Shown here piece by piece: positions 46,325-55,878 of a stretch of DNA of 64,000 nucleotides. Below the pieces are notes generated by a model. That model was not told the origin of the DNA and ran no database searches. It was given only the letters and a program-made list of their open reading frames with translations. A program made the translations under genes and the position numbers. Source of the stretch: Clostridiales bacterium (lineage in GTDB: Bacteria; Bacillota; Clostridia; Christensenellales; CAG-138); contig SFDB01000001.1 of assembly GCA_004558825.1 (NCBI GenBank), positions 65,479 through 129,478 on the forward strand, given 5' to 3'. Every line of letters begins with the position of its first letter. The first letter of the stretch is position 1.

Positions 46325-46398
46325 TGGAGCGGGTGATGGGACTCGAACCCACTATCTCAGCTTGGAAGGCTAATGTGTTACCATTACACTACACCCGC
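46325..46398 (-). tRNA. tRNA-Gly(TCC)
   Basis: GCGGGUGUAGUGUAAUGGUAACAC.., anticodon loop CUUCCAA, encoded CCA. Confidence 0.92.
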
Positions 46399-46424
46399 AA
46401 ATACTTGCCCTATATTAAACTGTT

Positions 46425-46500
46425 TGGAGCGGGAGACGGGGCTCGAACCCGCCACCTCCGCCTTGGCAAGGCGGCGCTCTACCAAATGAGCTACTCCCGC
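46425..46500 (-). tRNA. tRNA-Gly(GCC)
   Basis: GCGGGAGUAGCUCAUUUGGUAGAGC.., anticodon loop UUGCCAA, encoded CCA. Confidence 0.92.
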
Positions 46501-46513
46501 ATATTGGGTGCTT

Positions 46514-46598
46514 TGGTGCGGGCGAAGAGACTCGAACTCACACGCCTCGCGGCACCGGAACCTAAATCCGGCGCGTCTGCCAATTCCGCCACGCCCGC
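46514..46598 (-). tRNA. tRNA-Leu(TAG)
   Basis: GCGGGCGUGGCGGAAUUGGCAGAC.., anticodon loop UUUAGGU, long variable arm, encoded CCA. Confidence 0.9.
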
Positions 46599-46611
46599 AC
46601 ATAAATAACGT

Positions 46612-46687
46612 TGGTGACCCGTCGGAGATTCGAACTCCGGACCCTTTGATTAAAAGTCAAATGCTCTACCGGCTGAGCTAACGGGTC
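46612..46687 (-). tRNA. tRNA-Lys(TTT)
   Basis: GACCCGUUAGCUCAGCCGGUAGAGC.., anticodon loop CUUUUAA, encoded CCA. Confidence 0.92.
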
Positions 46688-46690
46688 ATA

Positions 46691-46765
46691 TGGCTGGGGT
46701 GGCAGGATTCGAACCTACGAATGCGGGAGTCAAAGTCCCGTGCCTTACCGCTTGGCGACACCCCA
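46691..46765 (-). tRNA. tRNA-Gln(TTG)
   Basis: UGGGGUGUCGCCAAGCGGUAAGGC.., anticodon loop CUUUGAC, encoded CCA. Confidence 0.92.
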
Positions 46766-46787
46766 AGGACCTCTCCACCAAGAAAAA

Positions 46788-46865
46788 TGGGGTGGGTAGT
46801 GGGGCTCGAACCCACGACCTCCAGAGCCACAATCTGGCGCTCTAGCCAACTGAACTATACCCACC
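46788..46865 (-). tRNA. tRNA-His(GTG)
   Basis: Extra 5' G(-1) then GUGGGUAUAGUUCAGUUGG.., anticodon loop UUGUGGC, encoded CCA. Confidence 0.9.
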
Positions 46866-46873
46866 ACGAAACC

Positions 46874-46950
<77 letters not shown>

Positions 46951-47010
46951 ATGTCTCCTCGTCCTGCTCGCTGTACCGATAATCGCATCCGTACCTGCCG
47001 ACAGTGATGT

Positions 47011-47039
47011 ATTTTATCAGATACTTCGCAGTATGTCAA
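47011..47039 (-). promoter_or_regulatory. Sigma-A promoter of the tRNA operon
   Basis: Minus strand TTGACA (47039-47034), a 17-nt spacer and TAAAAT (47016-47011), about 55 nt upstream of tRNA-Arg. Confidence 0.7.
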
Positions 47040-47106
47040 CCGCAAAAAAGTATATTTCTGAAATTCCTCATTGAAAAATCGCCGTATACAAAATGAACAT
47101 TTATTG

Positions 47107-47115
47107 TGGTATAAT
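47107..47115 (+). promoter_or_regulatory. Extended -10 promoter element (TGgTATAAT) for the ABC transporter gene
   Basis: TGGTATAAT lies 67 nt before the ATG at 47182. Only a weak -35 (TACAAA). Confidence 0.45.
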
Positions 47116-47181
47116 CCAATCAAATTATTCTGTACCGCGCTCCTGCCGTGCTTGGCTTCGCGCGGTGCATACGGAGAAAAA

Positions 47182-48912
47182 ATGAAAAAGAAGTCTTTGC
47201 TCAGGAGGTTTGTACGATACTACAATCCCCATCTTCCTATGTTCATGCTCGACATGTCGTGCGCGCTCATGATAGCGCTTATAGAAGTTGCGTATCCGCT
47301 TGCCTCAAAATATGCTCTCGGTACGCTTCTCCCGGAAGGCATGTACGGCGCGTTTTTTGCCATCGTCGCGGGTGCCGCAGCCGCATATATGCTCAAGGCT
47401 TTCATGAGCTACGTCGTCACTTTTTTAGGGCATCAGCTTGGCGTCAAAATGGAGGCCGATATGCGCCGCGACATATTCACGCACATTCAAAGCCTTTCGT
47501 TCAGCTTTTACGATAAGTCACGAACGGGCATGCTGCTTTCGCGCTGCACAAACGACCTTTTTGACATAACCGAGCTTGCCCACCACGGCCCCGAGGATCT
47601 CTTTATATCCATACTTACTTTTCTCGGTGCATTCATAGTCATGATGACCATTGAATGGCGTCTCGCGCTGCTTCTGCTCTGCTGCATACCCGTGATAGTC
47701 GGCTTTGTCATGCTGCTTCGAAGGCGCATGTCAAGAGCGTCTCGAAAGGTCAAGGAGGGCGTAGCTGTCATAAACGCAGGCATCGAATCTTCAATATCGG
47801 GCGCAAGGGTGTCGCAGGCGTTCGCCAACGAAGCCCACGAAGTCGAAAAGTTCAACGGAGGCAACAAGCTTTTTGTTAACTCGAAAACGGAATACTATAA
47901 AACCATGGGCGCTTTCATGTGCGGCACCGACCTTTTTACAGGGCTTTTGAGCGTCATAGTTCTCGGCATGGGCGGCTACATGATAATAAAAAAGCGCATG
48001 GACCTTGTCGCGCTTCTGACTTTCTCGATGTACGTCACATCGTTCATAACGCCGCTCAAGAAACTCGCTCAATTTACTGAAACGTTCACCATGGGTATGT
48101 CGGGATTCGCTCGCTTCGCCGAAATAATGGACATCGAACCTGACATAAAGGATATGCCCGGCGCGACTCCGCTTGAAAATGTCAGGGGTGAAATCGAGCT
48201 TAAAAACGTAAGCTTTTCATATGATAACAAAGTGGATGTGCTAAAAAACATCAGCCTTTCCGTTAAGCCCGGCATGAAGCTCGCCCTTGTCGGCTCGTCA
48301 GGCGGAGGCAAAACGACGCTCTGCCAGCTCATACCCCGCTTTTATGAACCAACGAGCGGCTCCGTTCTGATAGACGGACGCGATATCCGAACGGTAACGC
48401 TCAACTCGCTTAGAAGAAACATAGGCATAGTCCAGCAGGATGTTTTCCTCTTCGCCGACACAATACGCGAAAACATACGGTACGGGCGCACAAGCGCAAC
48501 CGACGATGAGATAATCGCCGCCGCAAAGGCTGCAGAAATACACGATGATATCATGGCTATGCCGGACGGCTACGATACTGTCGTTGGTGAACGCGGCGTA
48601 ACGCTTTCGGGCGGTCAAAAGCAGCGCGTATCCATCGCGCGTATATTCCTCAAAAACCCGCCGATACTCATACTCGACGAAGCTACAAGCGCACTCGATT
48701 CCGCTACCGAGGCCCGTATAACCGAAGCGCTTGACAGGCTCAGCGAAGGGCGTACCACGCTCATAATCGCCCACAGGCTGTCAACCATCAGGAACGCCGA
48801 CGAAATAATCGTCATAGAAGGCGAGGGCATACTCGAGCGCGGCACGCACGATGAGCTCATGGCGTTCGGAGGCGTCTATAAACGGCTCAACGATGCGCAA
48901 ATGCTTAAATAG
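47182..48912 (+). CDS. ABC exporter, fused permease/ATP-binding protein (type I exporter half-transporter)
   Basis: Start set at MKKKSLLRRF (GGAGAAAAA RBS). Six-TM domain, Walker A GSSGGGKTT, signature LSGGQKQRVSIAR and Walker B ILILDEATS. Confidence 0.9.
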   Translation: MKKKSLLRRFVRYYNPHLPMFMLDMSCALMIALIEVAYPLASKYALGTLLPEGMYGAFFAIVAGAAAAYMLKAFMSYVVTFLGHQLGVKMEADMRRDIFTHIQSLSFSFYDKSRTGMLLSRCTNDLFDITELAHHGPEDLFISILTFLGAFIVMMTIEWRLALLLLCCIPVIVGFVMLLRRRMSRASRKVKEGVAVINAGIESSISGARVSQAFANEAHEVEKFNGGNKLFVNSKTEYYKTMGAFMCGTDLFTGLLSVIVLGMGGYMIIKKRMDLVALLTFSMYVTSFITPLKKLAQFTETFTMGMSGFARFAEIMDIEPDIKDMPGATPLENVRGEIELKNVSFSYDNKVDVLKNISLSVKPGMKLALVGSSGGGKTTLCQLIPRFYEPTSGSVLIDGRDIRTVTLNSLRRNIGIVQQDVFLFADTIRENIRYGRTSATDDEIIAAAKAAEIHDDIMAMPDGYDTVVGERGVTLSGGQKQRVSIARIFLKNPPILILDEATSALDSATEARITEALDRLSEGRTTLIIAHRLSTIRNADEIIVIEGEGILERGTHDELMAFGGVYKRLNDAQMLK

Positions 48913-48950
48913 CATGTTTCGGCTCACAAGCAAGCACAGGAGATACGATT

Positions 48951-50606
48951 ATGGTTTTTGACATTGACGGTTCAGTGATTGAGCTCGAGCGCGGCAAAAG
49001 CATACTCGACGCCGTAAATATTCTCGGGCTTTGCTCAGACACGCTGAGCGAACGCCCGCTCGCGGCTCAAATAGGCGGCGAGGTTTTCAATCTTTCATAT
49101 ACGCCGTTCAGGGATTCGAGCATACACCTGCTCCGCTATCGAGACGAAGAGGGTAAGCGCGTCTACGAGCGTACGCTCGAATTCATATTCATAATCGCCG
49201 TAAGGCGTCTTTTCCCGGGCGCAAGGGTTTGCGTCCGTCATTCGCTCGGCTCCGGGCTTTATTTGACAATAGATAAACAGCCCGCTCTTTCGTTCGCCGA
49301 GGCCGAAGCTCTGAACGATGAATGTCAGCGCATTGTCGACGCCGACGTACCGCTCATACGCAAGCGGCTCGACATAAAGGAGGCGCTCGCGTATTATGAG
49401 GCCGACGGTCAAGCAGACAAGGCAAAACTCTTAAAATGGCGTAAATTCAGTTATTTCGACGTCTATACAGCATTGGGATATATGGACTATTTCTACGGCG
49501 AAATGGCGCCGTCTACGTCCTACGTCTCATCGTTCAAGGTCCACTATCTCGGGGGAGCCGTTGCGCTTTTGATGCCGTCAAGCTCTTCGCCCGATGCGCC
49601 TCTTGAATTCGTGCCTCAGCCCAAGCTTTGGCAGGTGTTTCGGCAAAGCGATGATTGGGGCAGGCTTATGACGTGCTCCACCGCTTCAGAGCTAAACAAG
49701 CGCGTAGAGGACGGCAGCGTTCACGAGCTGATACGCGTCAATGAAGCGCTCCATGAGAAGGCGTATTCAAATATAGCCGACAAGATCGCCGAGTGCCGCG
49801 CGAAAGCGATAATGCTTGCGGGGCCGTCATCGTCAGGCAAAACAACAAGCGCAAACAGGATAGCTACACAGCTTCGTGTTCTCGGCCTTGACCCGATAAT
49901 GCTGTCGCTTGATAACTATTACATCGACCGCGACGATATACCCGCCGACGAAAACGGCGAAAAGGATCTTGAGCACATAAACACTCTTGACATTGCCCGT
50001 TTCAGGCGCGATCTCGTATCGCTTACGGCCGGCGAAGAAACAGAAGTGCCCATTTTCAACTTTATGACGGGCCGCCGCGAAAAAAACGGGCGCATTCTCA
50101 AGCTCCACTCCGACCAGCCGCTTATAATCGAAGGCATACATGGCCTGAATCCTACGCTCATCGACGAGCATATACGGAGCAACGACATATTTAAGGTATA
50201 CGTCAGCGCTCTTACCACAATGAACCTTGACGACCACAACCGCATAAAGACTACAGATGTGCGCCTTCTCAGGCGGCTCGTGCGCGATTTCAAGACGCGC
50301 AACGCTTCCATGGAGCATACGCTTTCGATGTGGGCATCGGTGCGTCGCGGCGAAGAAAGATGGATATTCCCGTATCAGGAGAATGCCGACGTAATACTTA
50401 ACACGACGCTCCACTATGAGATTGCCGTGCTAAAAAAATATGTATATCCGCTTCTTCTGGACGTTCCTCCCGAAAGCCCCTGGTTTTGCGGCGCAAGAAG
50501 CATTGTCAAATTCCTTAACTATTTTCTCGACGCAAGCGTTGAGGACGAAATACCGCCTACATCCGTTCTGCGCGAGTTCATAGGCGGCAACACATTCTAT
50601 AACTGA
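48951..50606 (+). CDS. Nucleoside (uridine-type) kinase with N-terminal TGS / ThrRS-additional-domain-like region
   Basis: 551 aa. P-loop GPSSSGKTT in the C-terminal PRK-like half. The N-terminal half is beta-grasp-like. Confidence 0.65.
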   Translation: MVFDIDGSVIELERGKSILDAVNILGLCSDTLSERPLAAQIGGEVFNLSYTPFRDSSIHLLRYRDEEGKRVYERTLEFIFIIAVRRLFPGARVCVRHSLGSGLYLTIDKQPALSFAEAEALNDECQRIVDADVPLIRKRLDIKEALAYYEADGQADKAKLLKWRKFSYFDVYTALGYMDYFYGEMAPSTSYVSSFKVHYLGGAVALLMPSSSSPDAPLEFVPQPKLWQVFRQSDDWGRLMTCSTASELNKRVEDGSVHELIRVNEALHEKAYSNIADKIAECRAKAIMLAGPSSSGKTTSANRIATQLRVLGLDPIMLSLDNYYIDRDDIPADENGEKDLEHINTLDIARFRRDLVSLTAGEETEVPIFNFMTGRREKNGRILKLHSDQPLIIEGIHGLNPTLIDEHIRSNDIFKVYVSALTTMNLDDHNRIKTTDVRLLRRLVRDFKTRNASMEHTLSMWASVRRGEERWIFPYQENADVILNTTLHYEIAVLKKYVYPLLLDVPPESPWFCGARSIVKFLNYFLDASVEDEIPPTSVLREFIGGNTFYN

Positions 50607-50619
50607 TTCGGAGGGTTTT

Positions 50620-51378
50620 GTGGAGTTAATTTCATTTTTCAATGAAGTAAAGGAGGCTGCGATAGCGTTTTCGGGCGGCGTAGACTCATCGTTTCTGCTG
50701 TACGCCGCAAAGCGGTTTGAATGCAACGCACGCGCCTATTTTGTAAAAACGCAGTTTCAGCCCGAATTCGAGCTCGACGAGGCCGTTAAATTCGCCGAAT
50801 CGCTCGATATGCCGCTGACCGTGCTTTCATACGATATTCTGGCTCATGAGGAAATCGCCCGAAACAGCCCCGAACGCTGCTATTATTGCAAAAGCGCAAT
50901 AATGAAGCTCATATTCGACGCCGCTGCCCGCGACGGCTTCAGCACAGTCCTCGACGGAACGAACGCCTCCGACGAAGCGCTCGACCGTCCCGGGATGAAG
51001 GCGATACATGAGCTCGGTGTCCGCTCGCCGCTTCGCGAATGCGGGTTGACAAAAAAAGAAATACGCGCCCTTTTGAAGGCGGCAAAGCTGTCCGTTTGGA
51101 ATAAGCCCGCATATTCATGCCTTGCTACGCGCGTGCCGTTTGGGACAAGCCTCTCCGAAACGCTGCTCTCAAATGTCGAGGATGCCGAAAACGCGCTTTT
51201 CGATTTGGGTTTTTCCGATTTTCGCGCAAGGGTGTGCAGCGATGGCACCGCACTTTTGCAATTTACGGGCGATCAGCTCTCCGACGCGCTCGACATGGAA
51301 GAGCGCATAGTCTCCGACATTTCGCCGTATTTTCGCATTGTAAGAATTGACCGCACGGCAAGGGAGAAGCGCCCATGA
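50620..51378 (+). CDS. larE: ATP-dependent sacrificial sulfur transferase LarE
   Basis: 252 aa. GTG start after a GGAGGG RBS. PP-loop SGGVDSS and the conserved Cys region ERCYYCK. Confidence 0.85.
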   Translation: MELISFFNEVKEAAIAFSGGVDSSFLLYAAKRFECNARAYFVKTQFQPEFELDEAVKFAESLDMPLTVLSYDILAHEEIARNSPERCYYCKSAIMKLIFDAAARDGFSTVLDGTNASDEALDRPGMKAIHELGVRSPLRECGLTKKEIRALLKAAKLSVWNKPAYSCLATRVPFGTSLSETLLSNVEDAENALFDLGFSDFRARVCSDGTALLQFTGDQLSDALDMEERIVSDISPYFRIVRIDRTAREKRP

Positions 51379-52130
51379 ACGATCCCGAAACGCTCGCCCT
51401 GCTCGAGGCCGTAAAAAGCGGCGCCGTCGAGCCTTCAGAAGCAATAAGGCGGCTAAAGCTCATGCCCTTTGAGGACATAGGCTATGCAAACGTCGACCAT
51501 CACCGCAGCATACGCCAGGGCGTCCAAGAAGTGATATTCGCGCAGGGGAAAACGCCCGAACAGATTAAAGGCATACTCGCTTCCATGGCAAAGCACGGTG
51601 ATAAAAACATACTTTTGACGAGGCTCAGCCGCGAAGCGTATCTGGCGGTTTGCACAGAATTTCCGATAGAATACCATGACGATGCACATATAGGCGTTGC
51701 ACTCCCGTCCGCAGCGGAGCGCGTAGGCTGCGTAGTCGTTGCGACCGGCGGGACAAGCGACATACCCGTCGCCGAGGAGGCCGCGGTCACTGCCGAAACG
51801 CTCGGCAGCAATGTGGTAAAAATGTACGATGTCGGCGTTTCAGGCATCCATCGCCTTATGAGCAGGCTCGACATATTGTCGTCCGCTCGCGCCATCGTTG
51901 CTGTCGCCGGCATGGAGGGCGCTCTCGCAAGCGTTATCGGAGGGCTTGTAAGCTGCCCCGTAATCGCTGTGCCGACAAGCATAGGCTACGGTGCAAGCTT
52001 CGGCGGCGTCGCGGCCCTGCTTTCGATGCTCAACTCCTGCGCAAGCGGTGTAAGCGTCGTCAACATCGATAACGGATTTGGCGCGGGATACATTGCCAAC
52101 ATGATAAACAAGACGGAGGGAATCCAATGA
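51375..52130 (+). CDS. larB: Nickel-pincer cofactor biosynthesis protein LarB (NaAD carboxylase/hydrolase)
   Basis: 251 aa PurE-like protein (VVATGGTSDIPVAEEA..AVAGMEGALASV). ATGA overlap with larE. Confidence 0.88.
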   Translation: MNDPETLALLEAVKSGAVEPSEAIRRLKLMPFEDIGYANVDHHRSIRQGVQEVIFAQGKTPEQIKGILASMAKHGDKNILLTRLSREAYLAVCTEFPIEYHDDAHIGVALPSAAERVGCVVVATGGTSDIPVAEEAAVTAETLGSNVVKMYDVGVSGIHRLMSRLDILSSARAIVAVAGMEGALASVIGGLVSCPVIAVPTSIGYGASFGGVAALLSMLNSCASGVSVVNIDNGFGAGYIANMINKTEGIQ

Positions 52131-53341
52131 GAACTCTTTATCTCGAATGCGGAATGGGCGCGGCGGGCGATATGATATGCGCGGCGCTTTTTGAGCTTAT
52201 CGACGATAAGCGATCGTTCGCCGATAAAATTACGTCCATTTTCCCCGACTTTATAAGCATATCGTTTGAAAGTGCGGAAACCTGCGGCATTCTCGGCACA
52301 CGCATGCGCGTATGCATACACGGCCAAGAGGAGCATTCTCACGACACGAATCACCGTCCGCATGAGCGCAATGAACATCACCATGAGCACCGCTCATTGG
52401 CGGATATAGAGGAAATAATCGATTCTCTCGACGTTTCGCCGCGCGTCAAAGGCGATGCAAAGGCCGTATACACGCTCATCGCCGAGGCTGAATCGGCAGT
52501 CCACGGCAGGAGCGTTTCGCAGGTACACTTTCACGAGCTCGGCGCAATCGATGCGGTTGCCGACGTCGTAACTGCATCTATGCTTTTTGAACAGATTAAC
52601 CCGCAGCGCGTGATTGTCTCGCCCGTATGCGTCGGGAAAGGCTATGTAAAATGTGCGCACGGCATGCTGCCGGTACCCGCGCCCGCAACGGCGCGTCTGC
52701 TCCAAGACATACCGATATACGCGGGCGATATCGAAAGCGAGCTTTGTACTCCGACAGGCGCGGCGCTTCTGAAGCATTTCGCAGGCGAATTTTCTTCCAT
52801 GCCCACTATGCGCGTGTCATGCGTCGGCTGCGGCATCGGCTCAAAGCGCTTTGAGCGCGCAAACTGCGTGCGCTCGCTCCTGGGCGAAGACGGCAATCCG
52901 CCCGAAAGCTGCCGCGACAGCGTTGCCGAGCTCCGCTGCAATATAGACGACATGACCGGAGAGGCGGTATCATTCGCCGCGCAGGCGCTGCTTTCAGGCG
53001 GAGCGCTTGACGTATATACAATCCCGATAACCATGAAGAAAGGCCGCCCTGCATATATGCTCTGCGTTATATGCGGCCGCGATGACGCGGAAAAGCTCGC
53101 GCATCTCATGCTCAAGCACACATCTACGCTTGGCGTGCGCATAAGCTTTTCTGAGCGTCTCGTCATGGAGCGTCATACAGAGACCCGTCCCGTCTTCGGG
53201 GGAAATGTTCGCTTAAAGCGCGCGGCGCTCGGCGATATTGAACGCTCTAAACTCGAGTATGACGACGTAGCCGAGTTCGCTAAGGCGAACGACATTTCGT
53301 ATGCTTCAGCATATGACATCCTTACGGATGGCCTTCGCTAA
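52127..53341 (+). CDS. larC: Nickel insertion protein LarC (single fused polypeptide)
   Basis: 404 aa. MRTLYLECGMGAAGDM N-terminus and a His-rich tract HGQEEHSHDTNHRPHERNEHHHEH. ATGA overlap with larB. Confidence 0.88.
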   Translation: MRTLYLECGMGAAGDMICAALFELIDDKRSFADKITSIFPDFISISFESAETCGILGTRMRVCIHGQEEHSHDTNHRPHERNEHHHEHRSLADIEEIIDSLDVSPRVKGDAKAVYTLIAEAESAVHGRSVSQVHFHELGAIDAVADVVTASMLFEQINPQRVIVSPVCVGKGYVKCAHGMLPVPAPATARLLQDIPIYAGDIESELCTPTGAALLKHFAGEFSSMPTMRVSCVGCGIGSKRFERANCVRSLLGEDGNPPESCRDSVAELRCNIDDMTGEAVSFAAQALLSGGALDVYTIPITMKKGRPAYMLCVICGRDDAEKLAHLMLKHTSTLGVRISFSERLVMERHTETRPVFGGNVRLKRAALGDIERSKLEYDDVAEFAKANDISYASAYDILTDGLR

Positions 53342-53401
53342 CGTTTTCGGAACCTTTCTCTGCCTGAATCGTCTTTATTAAAAAAGCAAGGAGACACCAT
53401 C

Positions 53402-54691
53402 ATGGCAAAGAGAATCGTTTCATGTTTATTGTGCGTGCTTATACTCGCATCTGTCGCCGCATCGCTTTGCGCTTGTTCGGTCAGCGTCGAGCCTTCAGGC
53501 GGCAAGACGAAAAATTTAATTGAGGACGCGCATATTACGCCGGGCGCAAAAAGCGCCGATGCGCTCAACAAAGCGTACACGCCCGCCGTTGCCGAATTTG
53601 CGCTCAAGCTGTTCAAACAAAGCTTGAACGACGATGGCAATACGCTCATATCCCCGTTGTCCGTCATTTGTGCGCTCGCTATGACAATGAACGGTGCGCG
53701 CGGCGAAACTCTTGCGCAGGCCGAAAACGTGTTTGGCATGGATATCGACAGCCTCAATGAATATCTCGGCGCATACATTTCCGCTCTCCCGCAGGGTGAA
53801 AAATACAAGCTTTCACTCGCAAACTCGATATGGTTCACCGATAAGAACCAATTTGACGTGCGAACTGATTTTTTGCAGCTCAATGCAGACATATACGGCG
53901 CCGATATCTATAAGACAGTGTTTGACGGCAAGGCCGTCAAAACCATTAACAACTGGGTCAAGGGAAAGACCGACGGCACGATCGATCGCATAATAGAAGA
54001 TGTTGATGACGATAACGTAATGTTCCTGATAAACGCGCTCGCGTTCGACTCCGAGTGGCAGGTCATATACGAGGATGAGTCCTCCGTGCGCGACAACGCT
54101 TTCACTAATGCCGACGGCACGGTAAGCACCGTCAAAATGATGTTTTCCGGCGAAGGCACATATCTAGACGACGGCAGCGCAACGGGCTTCATAAAGCACT
54201 ACGCCGATGCAAAATACGCTTTCGCGGCACTTCTGCCGAACGAAGGAGTAAGCGTTTTCGACTACATCGCTTCCATGTCCGGCGAGAAGCTATGCGAAAC
54301 GCTCTCGAATGCTCGTGCGTCCGCTGTTAACGTGGGGCTACCCAAATTTGAAAGCAGCTTCAGCGCGGAGATGAGCGAGGCGCTGAAGGCTCTCGGAATG
54401 AGTGACGCCTTTGACCGCAGTGCCGCCGACTTTAGCGGCATTGCCTCCCTCGACTCATGTCACACTCTTTACATAAGCAAGGTGCTTCATAAGACTTTCA
54501 TATCCGTAGGCGAGCGCGGCACAAGGGCGGGCGCGACTACGGCCGTGGTGATGAATTATTGTACGTCTGAAGGACCCGTTGAAGAATTAAAAACGGTCGT
54601 GCTCGACCGCCCGTTCGTCTATATGATAATCGACTGCGAAACAATGCTGCCCATTTTCATAGGTGTGCAAACAACCATGCCCAATGCTTGA
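53402..54691 (+). CDS. Serpin-family protease inhibitor with N-terminal signal peptide (possibly lipoprotein)
   Basis: 429 aa. Signal peptide ending ASLCAC. Serpin hinge GERGTRAGATTAVVM and C-terminal DRPFVYMI. Confidence 0.85.
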   Translation: MAKRIVSCLLCVLILASVAASLCACSVSVEPSGGKTKNLIEDAHITPGAKSADALNKAYTPAVAEFALKLFKQSLNDDGNTLISPLSVICALAMTMNGARGETLAQAENVFGMDIDSLNEYLGAYISALPQGEKYKLSLANSIWFTDKNQFDVRTDFLQLNADIYGADIYKTVFDGKAVKTINNWVKGKTDGTIDRIIEDVDDDNVMFLINALAFDSEWQVIYEDESSVRDNAFTNADGTVSTVKMMFSGEGTYLDDGSATGFIKHYADAKYAFAALLPNEGVSVFDYIASMSGEKLCETLSNARASAVNVGLPKFESSFSAEMSEALKALGMSDAFDRSAADFSGIASLDSCHTLYISKVLHKTFISVGERGTRAGATTAVVMNYCTSEGPVEELKTVVLDRPFVYMIIDCETMLPIFIGVQTTMPNA

Positions 54692-54706
54692 CGCCAAGGA
54701 GGTTTT

Positions 54707-55042
54707 ATGGCTGCATCGCTTGAGTATGTCGAATTCGTCTGCTACCGAATAAAGGGGGCGGGGGACGTACGCTTCAAAAAAATGTTCGGCGAATACATGG
54801 TTTATGTGAATGACAAACCGCTTCTTTTGGTCTGTGACGACACTGTATACGTTAAAAAATTAGACGCGCTCGGCGAGCTGATGCGCAACGCGCCCTTAGG
54901 GATGCCGTACAACGGCGCAAAAGAGCATTACATACTCGATATAGGCGACGAAAAGCTCACGAGAAGCGTTATAGATGTGCTTGAGCCCATAACGCCTATA
55001 CCAGCGCCTCGAAAGAAGAAAGCCGCAAAAAGCGCAACTTGA
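54707..55042 (+). CDS. TfoX/Sxy N-terminal-domain protein
   Basis: 111 aa. KKMFGEYMVYVNDKPLLLVCDDTVYVK matches the TfoX_N pattern. Confidence 0.7.
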   Translation: MAASLEYVEFVCYRIKGAGDVRFKKMFGEYMVYVNDKPLLLVCDDTVYVKKLDALGELMRNAPLGMPYNGAKEHYILDIGDEKLTRSVIDVLEPITPIPAPRKKKAAKSAT

Positions 55043-55113
55043 TTTTCAAACCCCGTCAAAATGCAGTCTACGTTTGATTTCGCTGATATTTTTGCAAAGC
55101 CGGGCTGCAGTAT

Positions 55114-55146
55114 CAAATAAAAAGTGCCGAAGCATTGCTTCGGCAC
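55114..55146 (-). terminator. Intrinsic terminator after tsf (probably bidirectional)
   Basis: GUGCCGAAGC-AAU-GCUUCGGCAC 10-bp stem followed by UUUUUAUUUG on the minus strand. Confidence 0.85.
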
Positions 55147-55172
55147 CTATTTTCGCGTATCCTTCAGAGGGA

Positions 55173-55832
55173 TTATTTCTTCATCTGGCTCATTACTTCG
55201 TCGGCGAAGTTATCTTCACGCTTCTGAAGTCCCTCGCCCATCTCGTAGCGCACGAAACGACGAACGGTAATCTTCTCGCCGATTTTTGCGACCGCCTCGT
55301 TGATAAGCTGAGCAATTGTCCTCTCAGGATCCTTAACAAACGGCTGCTCCATGAGGCAAACCTCTTTATAGTACTTCTCGATGCGGCCTTCGACCATCTT
55401 GTCGATGATGTTCATGGGCTTGGGCTTGGGCTCGTTGAGCGCCTGCTCGCGAAGGATCTTCTTCTCGTGCTCGATCTCGTCCTGGTTGACCTCTTCTTTT
55501 CTTATATATGTCGGCTTCGCCGCGGCTATCTGCATTGCGATATCATGTACGAGCTCCTTAAATGCATCCGTCTTTGCGACGAAGTCCGTCTCGCAGTTGA
55601 CCTCGACGAGAACGCCGATTTTGCCGCCCATATGCACATAAGAGTCGACAATACCCTCGGCAGCGATTCTTGCGGCTTTCTTTGCGCTCGCCGCAAGGCT
55701 CTTCTCGCGAAGGTAATCCATCGCCTTATCCATATCGCCGTTGCACTCTACAAGCGCCTTCTTGCAGTCCATCATGCCCGCACCGCTCATCTCGCGAAGC
55801 GCCATTACGTCTTTAGCTGTAAATTCTGCCAT
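55173..55832 (-). CDS. tsf: Translation elongation factor Ts (short form)
   Basis: 219 aa. UBA-like N-terminus [19 protein letters not shown]. Confidence 0.93.
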   Translation of the reverse strand: MAEFTAKDVMALREMSGAGMMDCKKALVECNGDMDKAMDYLREKSLAASAKKAARIAAEGIVDSYVHMGGKIGVLVEVNCETDFVAKTDAFKELVHDIAMQIAAAKPTYIRKEEVNQDEIEHEKKILREQALNEPKPKPMNIIDKMVEGRIEKYYKEVCLMEQPFVKDPERTIAQLINEAVAKIGEKITVRRFVRYEMGEGLQKREDNFADEVMSQMKK

Positions 55833-55878
55833 GTTGACCTCCTGTTGTTAATATCTTTATATTCCGTCTCGCTGTGGA

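Noticed and set aside
55173-55832. EF-Ts is only 219 aa, shorter than the roughly 290-aa form.
   Set aside because: I recall short EF-Ts forms as being common in several bacterial lineages. The gene looks intact, with a proper start, stop and terminator.
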